Assembly (NCBI GenBank): GCA_965248695.1
Contig: CBDFKD010000002.1
Span: forward strand, 5,504,001 to 5,568,000
Direction: 5' to 3'
From: Acidobacteriota bacterium
GTDB lineage: Bacteria; Acidobacteriota; UBA890; WLXD01
DNA length: 64,000 bases
Part shown: piece by piece, positions 1-9,085 of the stretch
Layout: the number at the start of each line of letters is the position of its first letter
Position numbering within the stretch: the first letter of the stretch is position 1
The notes under the pieces: generated by a model
Seen by the model: the letters and a program-made list of their open reading frames with translations, nothing else
What the model was told of the DNA's origin: nothing
Databases searched by the model: none
Position numbers and translations under genes: made by a program

Positions 1-45
1 TTTCGATCTGTTCAACGGGCTCGGTAGCGCCGCCGGAGACAACGC

Positions 46-1371
46 ATGACCTGGCTGTTGGTGCAGATCGGTCTGTGCCTGGTGCTGGCCGCGCTGGCCG
101 GCTGGTTCATCGGCTGGTCGATGCGCGGGTTTCGGGAAACCGACCGCGTCGAGGATCTGAGACAGACGCTGAGCGCCACCACCGACGTGAAGGACCGCGA
201 GCTGTCCGAGTCGTACCGGGAGGTCGAAAGCCTGCGCTCGCGCAACGACTCACTGGAACGCGCCAACCGCGCGCTCGAGACCAAGGTCGGCGAAGCCAGG
301 AAGCCTTCAGCCCCAGATTCGACCCCGCGGGCGATGCTGGCAACACCGGCACGCCACCCGGTGCCAGAAGCAATGCCCGAGCGCTCGCGGGGGGGCGCTG
401 CCGTGGAGGTGCTCGAGGACGCTCGACAGCGCCTCGATGCCCGCGCCGACCTCGCCACCGAGCGCCGCCTGCGGGCCAAAGTGGAAGCGGAGCTGCGTCA
501 GAAGGCGGCAACGTTCGTGGCCCTCCAAGCGGAGGCCGACAGTCTTCGGACTGCCGTTGACGAGCGGGCCGCGCACATCGCCAAGCTGGAAAGCCGCGTG
601 ATCGAGCTCGAGCCCCTCGAGGACCAGCTGGACGCCGGTCGAGCCAGGGTACGGGAGCTCGAGACCCGACTCGAGGCCGCAGCGGCCACCGACGCCTCTC
701 CGGCACACAAGGCGAGGATGACGGCGCTCCAAGAGCAGCTGACTGCTCGCGATGTGCTCGTCAACGAGCTCCGCACTCGTGCCAACGACCTGCGCGCTGA
801 GCTCGACAGCGTACGTCGTGAACGGCACGGATCGAGCGACAACCTGGCGGCGAGCGACGCCAAGGCCACGCGGCTACAGCGCGAGGTCGAGGAGACCGGT
901 CGAAAGCTCCAGCGCCAGATCGAGCGCAACCGGAAGCAGGAGACCGTTCACAGGTCGGTGGTCGAGACTCTGCAGCGTGACCTCGATACCCTGAGACGGG
1001 ATGCGGACGACGCCCGATCGGCTCGTGAGGAGCTCGAATCGCGCCACGTTGCCGACGCCAGCGACGACGAGCACCTGCGCGAGGCGCTGGCCCGGCGCGA
1101 CTCGCAGATCGTTGCCTATCGCCGCCGGCTCGCCGATCTCGAGGAAGATCGCCACCTGGAGCTCCGCCAGCCTGGCCGCGATGACCTCAAGCTGATACGA
1201 GGTGTCGGCCCGGTCTTCGAAGGACTTCTGAACAAGATCGGGGTGACACGATTCGAGGAGGTCGCGCGCTGGAATGCCGATGACATCGAGCGGATCGCCG
1301 ACGCACTCGGTACGAACGTCAAGCGCATCGTCAGCGCCGGCTGGGTGGAGTCGGCCCGCAAGTTGCGCTGA
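46..1371 (+). CDS. Membrane-anchored coiled-coil protein with C-terminal helix-hairpin-helix domain (COG3743/DUF4332-like)
   Basis: N-terminal TM helix, long E/R/L/A-rich coiled coil, C-terminal DDLKLIRGVGPVFEGLLNKIGV HhH-like motif; GGAG RBS upstream. Confidence 0.7.
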   Translation: MTWLLVQIGLCLVLAALAGWFIGWSMRGFRETDRVEDLRQTLSATTDVKDRELSESYREVESLRSRNDSLERANRALETKVGEARKPSAPDSTPRAMLATPARHPVPEAMPERSRGGAAVEVLEDARQRLDARADLATERRLRAKVEAELRQKAATFVALQAEADSLRTAVDERAAHIAKLESRVIELEPLEDQLDAGRARVRELETRLEAAAATDASPAHKARMTALQEQLTARDVLVNELRTRANDLRAELDSVRRERHGSSDNLAASDAKATRLQREVEETGRKLQRQIERNRKQETVHRSVVETLQRDLDTLRRDADDARSAREELESRHVADASDDEHLREALARRDSQIVAYRRRLADLEEDRHLELRQPGRDDLKLIRGVGPVFEGLLNKIGVTRFEEVARWNADDIERIADALGTNVKRIVSAGWVESARKLR

Positions 1372-2775
1372 TCAGCCGATCTGCGGCCGCAGCAAAACGA
1401 AGTAGGCGGCAAGAATCAACGCCAGGATCCGTGACATCCAGTTCGCCTCGTGCGCCCGCCCGGTCGCCATTTTGATGATCGGGTACGCGATCAGGCCAAG
1501 GGCAATACCGTCGGCGATCGAGTAGGTAAGCGGGATACCGATCAGCGTCAGAAACGCCGGCAACGCCTCGGTCGCGTCGTCCCACTCGATCGAAGTCGCG
1601 GAGCGCATCATTAACGCGCCGACGATCAGCAGCACTGGAGCGGTGATCGGTGGGTAGCTGCCGATCATGGCGATGAGCGGTGTCAGCAGCAGCGCCACGA
1701 GGAACAGGCCGGCGGCAGTGACTGCCGTGAGACCGGTGCGACCGCCCTGCTCCACTCCGGCGGCGCTCTCCACATAGCTGGTGACCGTGCTGGTGCCCAG
1801 CGCGGCCCCGGCCACCGTGCCAATCGCGTCCGACAGGAAAGCCCTTCCCGACCGCAGTAGCCGATCGCCTCGCATGAGCCGCGCCCGCTGAGCCACCGCC
1901 ACCAGCGTCCCGATAGTGTCGAACATGTCCATGAACAGCACGAGCACCACGTATGGCAGCAGATCCCACGACAGGGCCGCCACGATGTCCAGCTGAAGCA
2001 GGGTCGGCGCGATCGAGGGCGGCGCCGCCGTCAATCGGTCGGCAACTTCGAAGCGCGTCATCAACATCGACCCTGCATGTGAACCGGCCGCGGGCGCTGC
2101 GGAGAGCACGGCACGCGTGGCCAGCGCCGCCACCAGTGTCGAGACCATGCCAAGCAGGAGCGCCCCCTGAACGCGGCGCGCATAAAGGATCGCGGTAACC
2201 ACGAGGCCGAAGAAGAACAGCAGGCAATCGGGCGAGTTCAGCGTTGAAGTCAGGGAGACTGCCGTTGCCGGATCCGGCACGACGATCGCGGCGCTCTGCA
2301 GACCGATGAAAGCGATGAAGATCCCGATTCCCGCCCCGATGGCGCTCTTCATGGAGGCGCTCAGCGCGTCGATCATCAACTGACGCACCCCAAGCATCGA
2401 CAGAACGAGAAACAGCACCCCGGCGACAAAGATCACGCCCAGCGCGGCACGCCAGGGCTCAGGGTGCCCGGCGGCGGCAGCGGCGGGAATGATCGACAGC
2501 ACGAAGAAGAAGTTCTGGCCCATTCCGGGCGCTTGGGCGACCGGGAACCGCCCGTACAGACCCATCGTCGCGGTGGCCAGCGCCGCCGCGAGGCACGTCG
2601 CCACGGTGACCGCGCCGAAATCCATTCCGGTGGGCGAGCCGGTCAGTACGCCGCTCAGAACCGCCGGTTGGACGAAGATGATGTACGCCATCGTGAGGAA
2701 AGTCGTCGTGCCGGCGACCACCTCAGTGCGCACGCTCGTGCCCGCAGCATCGAGCTCGAAGAACCTCTCCAACAT
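1372..2775 (-). CDS. NCS2/AzgA-family nucleobase (purine) permease
   Basis: EVVAGTTTFLTMAYIIFVQP, APGMG, DMFDTIGTL and YVESAAGVEQGGRTGLTA motifs. Confidence 0.92.
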   Translation of the reverse strand: MLERFFELDAAGTSVRTEVVAGTTTFLTMAYIIFVQPAVLSGVLTGSPTGMDFGAVTVATCLAAALATATMGLYGRFPVAQAPGMGQNFFFVLSIIPAAAAAGHPEPWRAALGVIFVAGVLFLVLSMLGVRQLMIDALSASMKSAIGAGIGIFIAFIGLQSAAIVVPDPATAVSLTSTLNSPDCLLFFFGLVVTAILYARRVQGALLLGMVSTLVAALATRAVLSAAPAAGSHAGSMLMTRFEVADRLTAAPPSIAPTLLQLDIVAALSWDLLPYVVLVLFMDMFDTIGTLVAVAQRARLMRGDRLLRSGRAFLSDAIGTVAGAALGTSTVTSYVESAAGVEQGGRTGLTAVTAAGLFLVALLLTPLIAMIGSYPPITAPVLLIVGALMMRSATSIEWDDATEALPAFLTLIGIPLTYSIADGIALGLIAYPIIKMATGRAHEANWMSRILALILAAYFVLLRPQIG

Positions 2776-2869
2776 GGCGACCCCGCGTGCCTGCTCTCCA
2801 TGACCGGCAGAGCGCCATGGTAGTGCAGCCGCGAGACGCGGACCATGCGAGCGGGTGACCTAAGGCCGG

Positions 2870-3463
2870 CTAGCGACCCCTGGCGGTGATGACGAACTCG
2901 TCGCGGCGATTGGCCGCCCAAGCGGCGTCGTTGTGGCCGGGATTCGCCGGCAGTTCCTCACCGTACGACACCACCTCGATTCTCGAGGCGGCGACGCCAC
3001 GGGAGACCAGGTAGTCGCGTGCGGCTTCGGCACGGCGCTGTCCGAGAGCCAGGTTGTAGCTCCCCGAGGCGCGCTCGTCAGCATGCCCTTCGATCAGAAT
3101 GGCAGCATCCGGTACGCTGTTCAGCCAGTCGATGTTGGCGTCGAGCACGGTCGTTTCACTGGCCTCGATGCTGTGCTGATCGAGCGCGAAGTAGATCGGT
3201 TGCAGCACACCCATGCGGTTGAGCTCGGCGGCGCTCATCCCGTCATAGGTGGTCTCGGACGACAGCCAGTCATCAGTTTCCGCGGCCGTGTCCGGGGCTC
3301 GGTATGCGATCGCAATGGGAACAGGCCGCGTCATCGCCGGACCTTCGATGCGACCGTCGGGCCAGTTGCCGCGCATGACACTTCGGCCCGGCGCGCAGCC
3401 CGCCGCCACCATGAGGGCGACAAGCGCAGCCGCCGAAACCATGTGTCTGGCGTGATCTCTCAT
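2870..3463 (-). CDS. pal: Peptidoglycan-associated lipoprotein (OmpA/Pal family)
   Basis: Lipobox VAAGC, IEGHADER, YNLALGQRRA, VSYGEE, NRRDEF; start chosen at ATG after AGGAGG. Confidence 0.85.
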   Translation of the reverse strand: MRDHARHMVSAAALVALMVAAGCAPGRSVMRGNWPDGRIEGPAMTRPVPIAIAYRAPDTAAETDDWLSSETTYDGMSAAELNRMGVLQPIYFALDQHSIEASETTVLDANIDWLNSVPDAAILIEGHADERASGSYNLALGQRRAEAARDYLVSRGVAASRIEVVSYGEELPANPGHNDAAWAANRRDEFVITARGR

Positions 3464-3798
3464 TCTAGCCCTCCTGGACGGCATCGCGACTACCACCGAT
3501 CGTTCGACAGGACACCGCTGGCGTTCAGCGTAATTCTCGTTGGTGCCCATGTTCGGCCGCGCCGACGCCGGCAACCAGACCAACTGTCTGGCGGGCGTCA
3601 AGCGGATGGACAGGAGCGGCAAGGAGCGGGCTGAGCTGACGAGTACCCGCGCCGAGTGCGATCACCGCTGAGGGCCAGGCCGCACAATTGCGGTGGCCGG
3701 CGCGACCATCGAGAGGCGTGTTCGGTTGATATGCGTCCGAAGATGACGTACGTAGGAGGTGCACAGGCCCTTTCGCCCGAACCCGCCGGAGGTAATCG

Positions 3799-4296
3799 AT
3801 GACCGAGTCCGACGTTCAGGAGCCCGCCCCACAACCCGATCCACCGAGCGCGCCTGCTGCCGCGAGTGCTAGCGGCAAGGCTGACCTCGGCAAGCGCATC
3901 GTCGCCGTCTTGATCGATAGCGCTATCGCGTTCGTGGTCGGGTTCATCCCGGGGATCGGGTCGCTGATCGGCGCCGCCTACATGGTGCTCCGCGACGGCA
4001 TGGAATTCGACTTCATGAACCATCGCTCGATCGGCAAGCAGGTGATGAAGTTACATCTGGAATCCGTCGATGGCGCCGCGCTCGACATCACTACGTCGCT
4101 CAAGCGCAACTGGATGTTCGCCCTCGCGCCGCTCGTCCCGCTGCTGATCATCACCATCGTTGGGTGGGTACTGGTGCCATTCGTCCTGTTCGGCGCGCTA
4201 GCGTTGATGATCGTCGAGCTGGTACTCGTGCTCACGGACGCCGAGGGACGTCGTCTGGGCGACAAGATGGCCGGTACCAGGGTCGTCGAGGACTGA
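3799..4296 (+). CDS. RDD family membrane protein
   Basis: GKRIVAVLID, SIGKQVMKL, RRLGDKMAGTRVV; GGAGG RBS. Confidence 0.85.
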   Translation: MTESDVQEPAPQPDPPSAPAAASASGKADLGKRIVAVLIDSAIAFVVGFIPGIGSLIGAAYMVLRDGMEFDFMNHRSIGKQVMKLHLESVDGAALDITTSLKRNWMFALAPLVPLLIITIVGWVLVPFVLFGALALMIVELVLVLTDAEGRRLGDKMAGTRVVED

Positions 4297-4318
4297 TTCC
4301 TACTCCTACTGAATCTGC

Positions 4319-4347
4319 GGAACCTTCTGCGGCTGTCGTGCGTCTAA
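4319..4347 (+). promoter_or_regulatory. Candidate ECF sigma promoter (GGAACC-N16-CGTCTAA)
   Basis: Matches the general sigmaE-type GGAAC/CGTC consensus with a 16-nt spacer, upstream of the ABC ATPase. Confidence 0.5.
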
Positions 4348-4423
4348 TCTCACGAGGCTTTCGAGTGTCCGTGCGTCGAGTTCCTGTATCGCGGACACCA
4401 CCAACCGTGTGAAGGAGCGTCCG

Positions 4424-5119
4424 ATGTCGGCTGAGCCGCTGATCAGCATGGAGGCGATCAAGAAGGTGTTCGTCACCGAGGAGGTCGAGACGCACGCGCT
4501 TTCCGACGTACACCTCGATATCGATCCTGGGGAGTTCGTATCAATCTCCGGACCGTCCGGCTCGGGCAAGACGACGCTGCTGTCGATTCTCGGACTGCTG
4601 GACACCCCCAGCGGGGGCACCTATCTGCTCAACGCCAACGATGTGTCCAACCTCACCGCTTCCGAGCGCGCCCGGGTTCGAAACCGCGAGATCGGCTTCA
4701 TCTTCCAGAGCTTCAACCTCATCGGCGACCTGAACGTGTACGAGAACGTCGAGCTGCCGCTGACGTATCGCGGCATGTCCTCGTCGGATCGTCGCGAGCG
4801 CGTCAACGCCTCCCTGGACCGGGTCGGCATGACACATCGTGCCAAGCACATGCCCAGCCAGCTTTCCGGTGGTCAGCAGCAGCGTGTCGCGGTGGCTCGA
4901 GCCGTCGTCGGTGACCCCTCCATCCTGCTGGCCGATGAGCCCACGGGTAACCTCGACTCGGGCAACGCCTCCGCCGTCATGGACCTCATGTCGGAGCTGC
5001 ACCAGGGTGGCGCCACCATCTGCATGGTCACTCACGACCCGCGCTGGGCCGAGCACGCACAGCGCACCATCCACCTGTTCGACGGCATGGTCGTCGACGA
5101 GCAGGTCGCCGTCGTCTAG
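4424..5119 (+). CDS. ABC transporter ATP-binding protein (LolD/MacB-like), no adjacent permease
   Basis: Walker A GPSGSGKT, LSGGQQQRVAVAR, LLADEPTGNLD, H-loop VTHD; AAGGAG RBS. Confidence 0.93.
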   Translation: MSAEPLISMEAIKKVFVTEEVETHALSDVHLDIDPGEFVSISGPSGSGKTTLLSILGLLDTPSGGTYLLNANDVSNLTASERARVRNREIGFIFQSFNLIGDLNVYENVELPLTYRGMSSSDRRERVNASLDRVGMTHRAKHMPSQLSGGQQQRVAVARAVVGDPSILLADEPTGNLDSGNASAVMDLMSELHQGGATICMVTHDPRWAEHAQRTIHLFDGMVVDEQVAVV

Positions 5120-5395
5120 CAGGCCGTGGTGAAAGTGTGGTGGGTCTGGTTACGGCGAGTTGGGGCCAGATGCAAGGCAGCCTGACGCACACGATGCCCT
5201 AGCAGGCCGTGGTAGAAGGCCAACGCCGCAGATGGCCCCAAATCGCCGTAACCCTTCGGGCGACTGGGGGTTGCGCGCGGATGCTGCGTCGTTTGTCGTC
5301 AACGATGGGGTAACCATCGCCTCCTCCTCTCTCCTGGCCTGCGCCTCGCAAGACCCTGTCGCCAGACCCACCACACTTTCACCGCGGCCTGCTAG
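5116..5395. mobile_element. MITE-like inverted-repeat element A, flanked by CTAG
   Basis: CTAG at 5116-5119 and 5392-5395; 30-bp inverted repeats 5120-5149 and 5362-5391 with 1 mismatch; no credible ORF. Confidence 0.75.
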
Positions 5396-5454
5396 GGCCC
5401 CACACCGGGTCAACGGCTCAACAGCTGCGGGATGGCGTGGGAGAATCGCACGCC

Positions 5455-6285
5455 ATGCTTACCGCCTCGTCTGACGCGCCGCCGTCCGGGTATCTGATCC
5501 CCATCGGTGGCGCCGAAAAGAAGTCCCGGGAACCGCTCATCCTCCGGCGGTTCGTGCAGCTGTGCGGCGACGACGACGCTCGGATCGTCGTCGTGCCGAC
5601 GGCATCCAAGCTGCGGACGACGGGCCCACGCTACGAGCGCGTGCTGACCGAGCTGGGTGCCGGCAGCACCACGTCGCTGCCGTTTCGCGATCGTGCCGAT
5701 TGCGGCCGCGAAGATTGGCTGCGAACCATCGACGAAGCCACCGGCGTCTTTCTCACCGGCGGCTCGCAGCTGCGCCTCAGCCGCACGCTCGGTGGAACGC
5801 CGGCCGCGCGGGCATTGCGACGAGCATCCCGTCGCGGAGCCCATATCGCCGGGACGTCAGCCGGTGCCAGCTACCTTTCCGAGCACATGATTGCGTTCGG
5901 CGAAGCGGGCGCTTCACCGCGGACCCACATGGTGGCCCTTGCCCCTGGCATCGGCCTCACTCGCGACTTCACCATCGACCAGCATTTCCGCGAGCGTGAC
6001 CGACTCGGCCGCCTGCTGACCGCGCTTGCCTACAACCCGTTCATTGTCGGTATGGGCTTGGACGAGAATACCGCCGCCTTCATCGCCCCGGACCGAACGG
6101 TGGAGATTGTCGGCAGCGGCTCCTGCACGCTGGTTGACGGCTCCGACCTCGAGTATTCGTCCGTCGGTGAACAGGCCGGCGATCCGGTCTGTCTTCTCGG
6201 CGTGAGGCTGCACATCCTGCTGCAAGGCGGCAGGTATGACATCGAGTCGCGGCAAGCGCATCGACCACCGGAGAGTGCATCTTGA
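5455..6285 (+). CDS. cphB: Cyanophycinase (peptidase S51)
   Basis: LIPIGGAE, GTSAGAS (Ser), IDQHF (His), GLDE (Glu); TGATG overlap with cphA. Confidence 0.92.
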   Translation: MLTASSDAPPSGYLIPIGGAEKKSREPLILRRFVQLCGDDDARIVVVPTASKLRTTGPRYERVLTELGAGSTTSLPFRDRADCGREDWLRTIDEATGVFLTGGSQLRLSRTLGGTPAARALRRASRRGAHIAGTSAGASYLSEHMIAFGEAGASPRTHMVALAPGIGLTRDFTIDQHFRERDRLGRLLTALAYNPFIVGMGLDENTAAFIAPDRTVEIVGSGSCTLVDGSDLEYSSVGEQAGDPVCLLGVRLHILLQGGRYDIESRQAHRPPESAS

Positions 6286-9081
6286 TGAAGATCCTCGACT
6301 CGCGCGTCTATCTGGGACCAAGCCTCTACGCTCACTTCCCGGTGATCCAGATGACCGTCGATCTGGACATCCTGGAGCAATGGCCCAGTGCGCGCCTCGG
6401 CGACGGGTTTATCGATGCGCTCCTCGATGCGCTCCCGGGCCTGGCCGACCACGGCTGCTCGTATCGGCAGCCTGGTGGATTCGTCCGCCGTCTGCGCGAG
6501 GATGAGGGTACGTGGATGGGGCACGTCCTCGAGCACTGCGCCCTCGAGCTACAGAATGTCGCCGGCAGCCAAGTAAGCTTCGGACGCACGCGGTCGATCG
6601 GCGAGGAGCCCGGCATCTATTCCGTGGTGTACCAGTACGAGCAGGAGGATGTCGGCCGCGCCGCCGGCGACCTGGCGCTGACGCTGCTGCACAGCCTGCT
6701 GCCGGAGGATTTGCGCCACGCCGGAACGCTCGAGCGCGACTTCAACTTCGCCGAGGAGCGTGACGACCTGATCCGCTGGGCCCAGCGCCGCGCCCTCGGG
6801 CCCAGCACAGCTTCCCTTGTGCGGGCGGCCGAGGATCGAGATATCCCTTGGATCCGACTGAACGCCCAAAGCCTCGTGCAGTTCGGGTTCGGGCGCCATC
6901 AGCGGCGCATCCAGGCGACGATCACCAGCGAGACCCGACACATCGCGGTCGAGATCTCGTCGGACAAAGAGGAGACCAACAAGATCCTCGCAGCCCTCGG
7001 TCTCCCGGTACCTAAGCAACGTCTCGTGCGTTCGGTCCAGGCAGCAACGCGCGCCGCGGAGCGCATCGGCTATCCGGTGGTCGTGAAGCCGTACAACGCC
7101 AATCACGGACGCGGCGTCTCCATCGATCTGCAAGATGCCGAGCAGGTGGCCACCGCTGTCAAGCAAGCGCAGCAGCACAGCCGCAGCGTTCTGGTGGAGA
7201 GCTTCATCACCGGGCTCGACCACCGCATGGCGGTGGTCAACGGCGAGTTGATCGCCGCCGCCAAGCGCATGCCGGCGCATGTCATCGGCGACGGGACGCA
7301 CACGATCGAGGAACTGGTCGAAGCGGTGAACGAGGATCCCCGACGCGGGATTGGCCACGAGAAGGTGCTCACCCGGATCGAGTTCAACCACCAGTCCGAC
7401 AGGCTGCTGGCACAGGGCGACTATCGCCGCACGAGCGTGCCACCGAAGGACGAGATCGTCTTTCTGTGCGCCACCGCCAACCTCTCGACCGGGGGTACGG
7501 CGATCGACGTCACCGACGTCGTCCATCCCGACAATCGCGAGATGGCCGTCCGCGCCGCTGGAGCAATCGGCCTGGACGTAGCCGGCGTCGACTTCCTCAC
7601 CGATGACATCTCCAAGTCGTACAAGGAGTCGGGCGGCGCCATCTGCGAGATCAACGCGGCGCCCGGGTTCCGCATGCACGTGTCTCCTAGCGAAGGTGAG
7701 CCGCGCGACGTCGCCGGTGCGGTGATCGACATGCTCTTCCCGCCCGGCAGCTCGAGCCGCGTCCCCATTGCAGCGATCACCGGAACGAACGGAAAGACGA
7801 CCACGGCCCGCATGCTGGCGCACATACTCAAGCTTTCGGGGAACCGCGTTGGCCTGACTTCGACGGATGGCGTGTACATCGATGGTCAGCTCAGCGTGAA
7901 GGGCGACATGACGGGACCGGTGGCGGCACGCATGGTGCTTCGTGACCCGGCGGTCGATGTGGCCGTGCTGGAGACCGCGCGTGGCGGGCTGCTGCGCGCC
8001 GGCATGGGGTATCGCCGCTGCAACGTGGCGTGCTGCCTGAACATACAGGGGGACCATCTCGGCCTCCGCGGTATCGACACGCTGGAGCAACTCGCCGAGG
8101 TCAAGCGAATTCCCATCGAGGTGGCGTCGGATGCCGCGGTGCTCAACGCCGACGACCCCTCACTGCCTGCGCATGGCGGACTACACGGAGGCGGAACAGA
8201 TCTGCTACGTGACGATGAGTCGTGAGCACACGCTGGTTAAGGAGCATATCCGCGCCGGCGGGCGGGCCGTGGTTCTGGAGGAGGGCATGAACGGTCACAT
8301 GATCGCCCTCTACGACGGCGGCTCGCACGTGCCGTTGCTGTGGACCCATCTGATTCCAGCGACCCTCGAAGGGCGCGCCATGCACAACGTCCAGAACGCC
8401 ATGTTCGCGGCGGCGCTGGCGCACTGCCTCGACGTCAGCCTGGACAACATCAAGCAGGGGTTGCGAACCTTCGACACGACGTTCTTCCAGGCGCCGGGGC
8501 GGATGAATATCTTCGACGGCCACCCCTTCAAGGTGATCCTCGACTATGGCCACAACCCCGCGGCGGTGCAGGCCATGTGCGATCTCGTCAGCCGCCTGGA
8601 TCGGGATGGAAAGGCAATCTGCGTGCTGGCAGCACCCGGCGACCGCCGTGATGAGGACATCCGCAGCATCGCTAGGATCGCCGCGCCGCATTTCGACGAG
8701 TTCGTTTGCCGCCGCGACGATCAGCTGCGTGGCCGCGATGCAGACGAGATTCCACAGATGCTGGCCGACGAATTGAGGTCGGCTGGCGTCGCTGACGAGG
8801 CCGTACGCATGATTCCCGCCGAGGATGAAGCGGTCGAAGCAGCTCTGCGTGGTGCTCGCCCCGGCGATCTGCTTCTCATGTTCGCCGACAACTTGTCGCG
8901 CTGCTGGAAGCAGATTGTGCACTTCGAGCCTGCCGGCGAGACCACGGCGGTGCCCGCGCAGACGACGGCCGCTCCGATAGACCTTCCGGAAGCGCCCGTC
9001 AGCCTCCTTTCTGGCGACGAGCGTCTCATCCGCGACGAGCGTGGCGTGCGGCTAGCCCGCGAGGTCGAAGAGGCCGACTGA
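6285..9081 (+). CDS. cphA: Cyanophycin synthetase CphA1, split by one extra base at ~8156-8160 (sequencing error or pseudogene)
   Basis: N domain HGCS...GTWMGHVLEH, ATP-grasp (VVVKP, NHGRGV, EINAAPG), Mur-like ITGTNGKTTT and ETARGG; NADDP continues as HCLRMA in the next frame (ORF 8131-9081 with APGR, DYGHN). Confidence 0.9.
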
Positions 9082-9085
9082 AGCC

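Noticed and set aside
2776-2869. Purine riboswitch upstream of the NCS2 permease
   Set aside because: No purine-riboswitch core sequence or terminator visible
6549-8090. Long antisense ORFs (513 aa here; also 10485-11687, 25590-26759, 26666-27955, 30233-31546)
   Set aside because: Shadows of real genes in GC-rich DNA; no recognisable motifs
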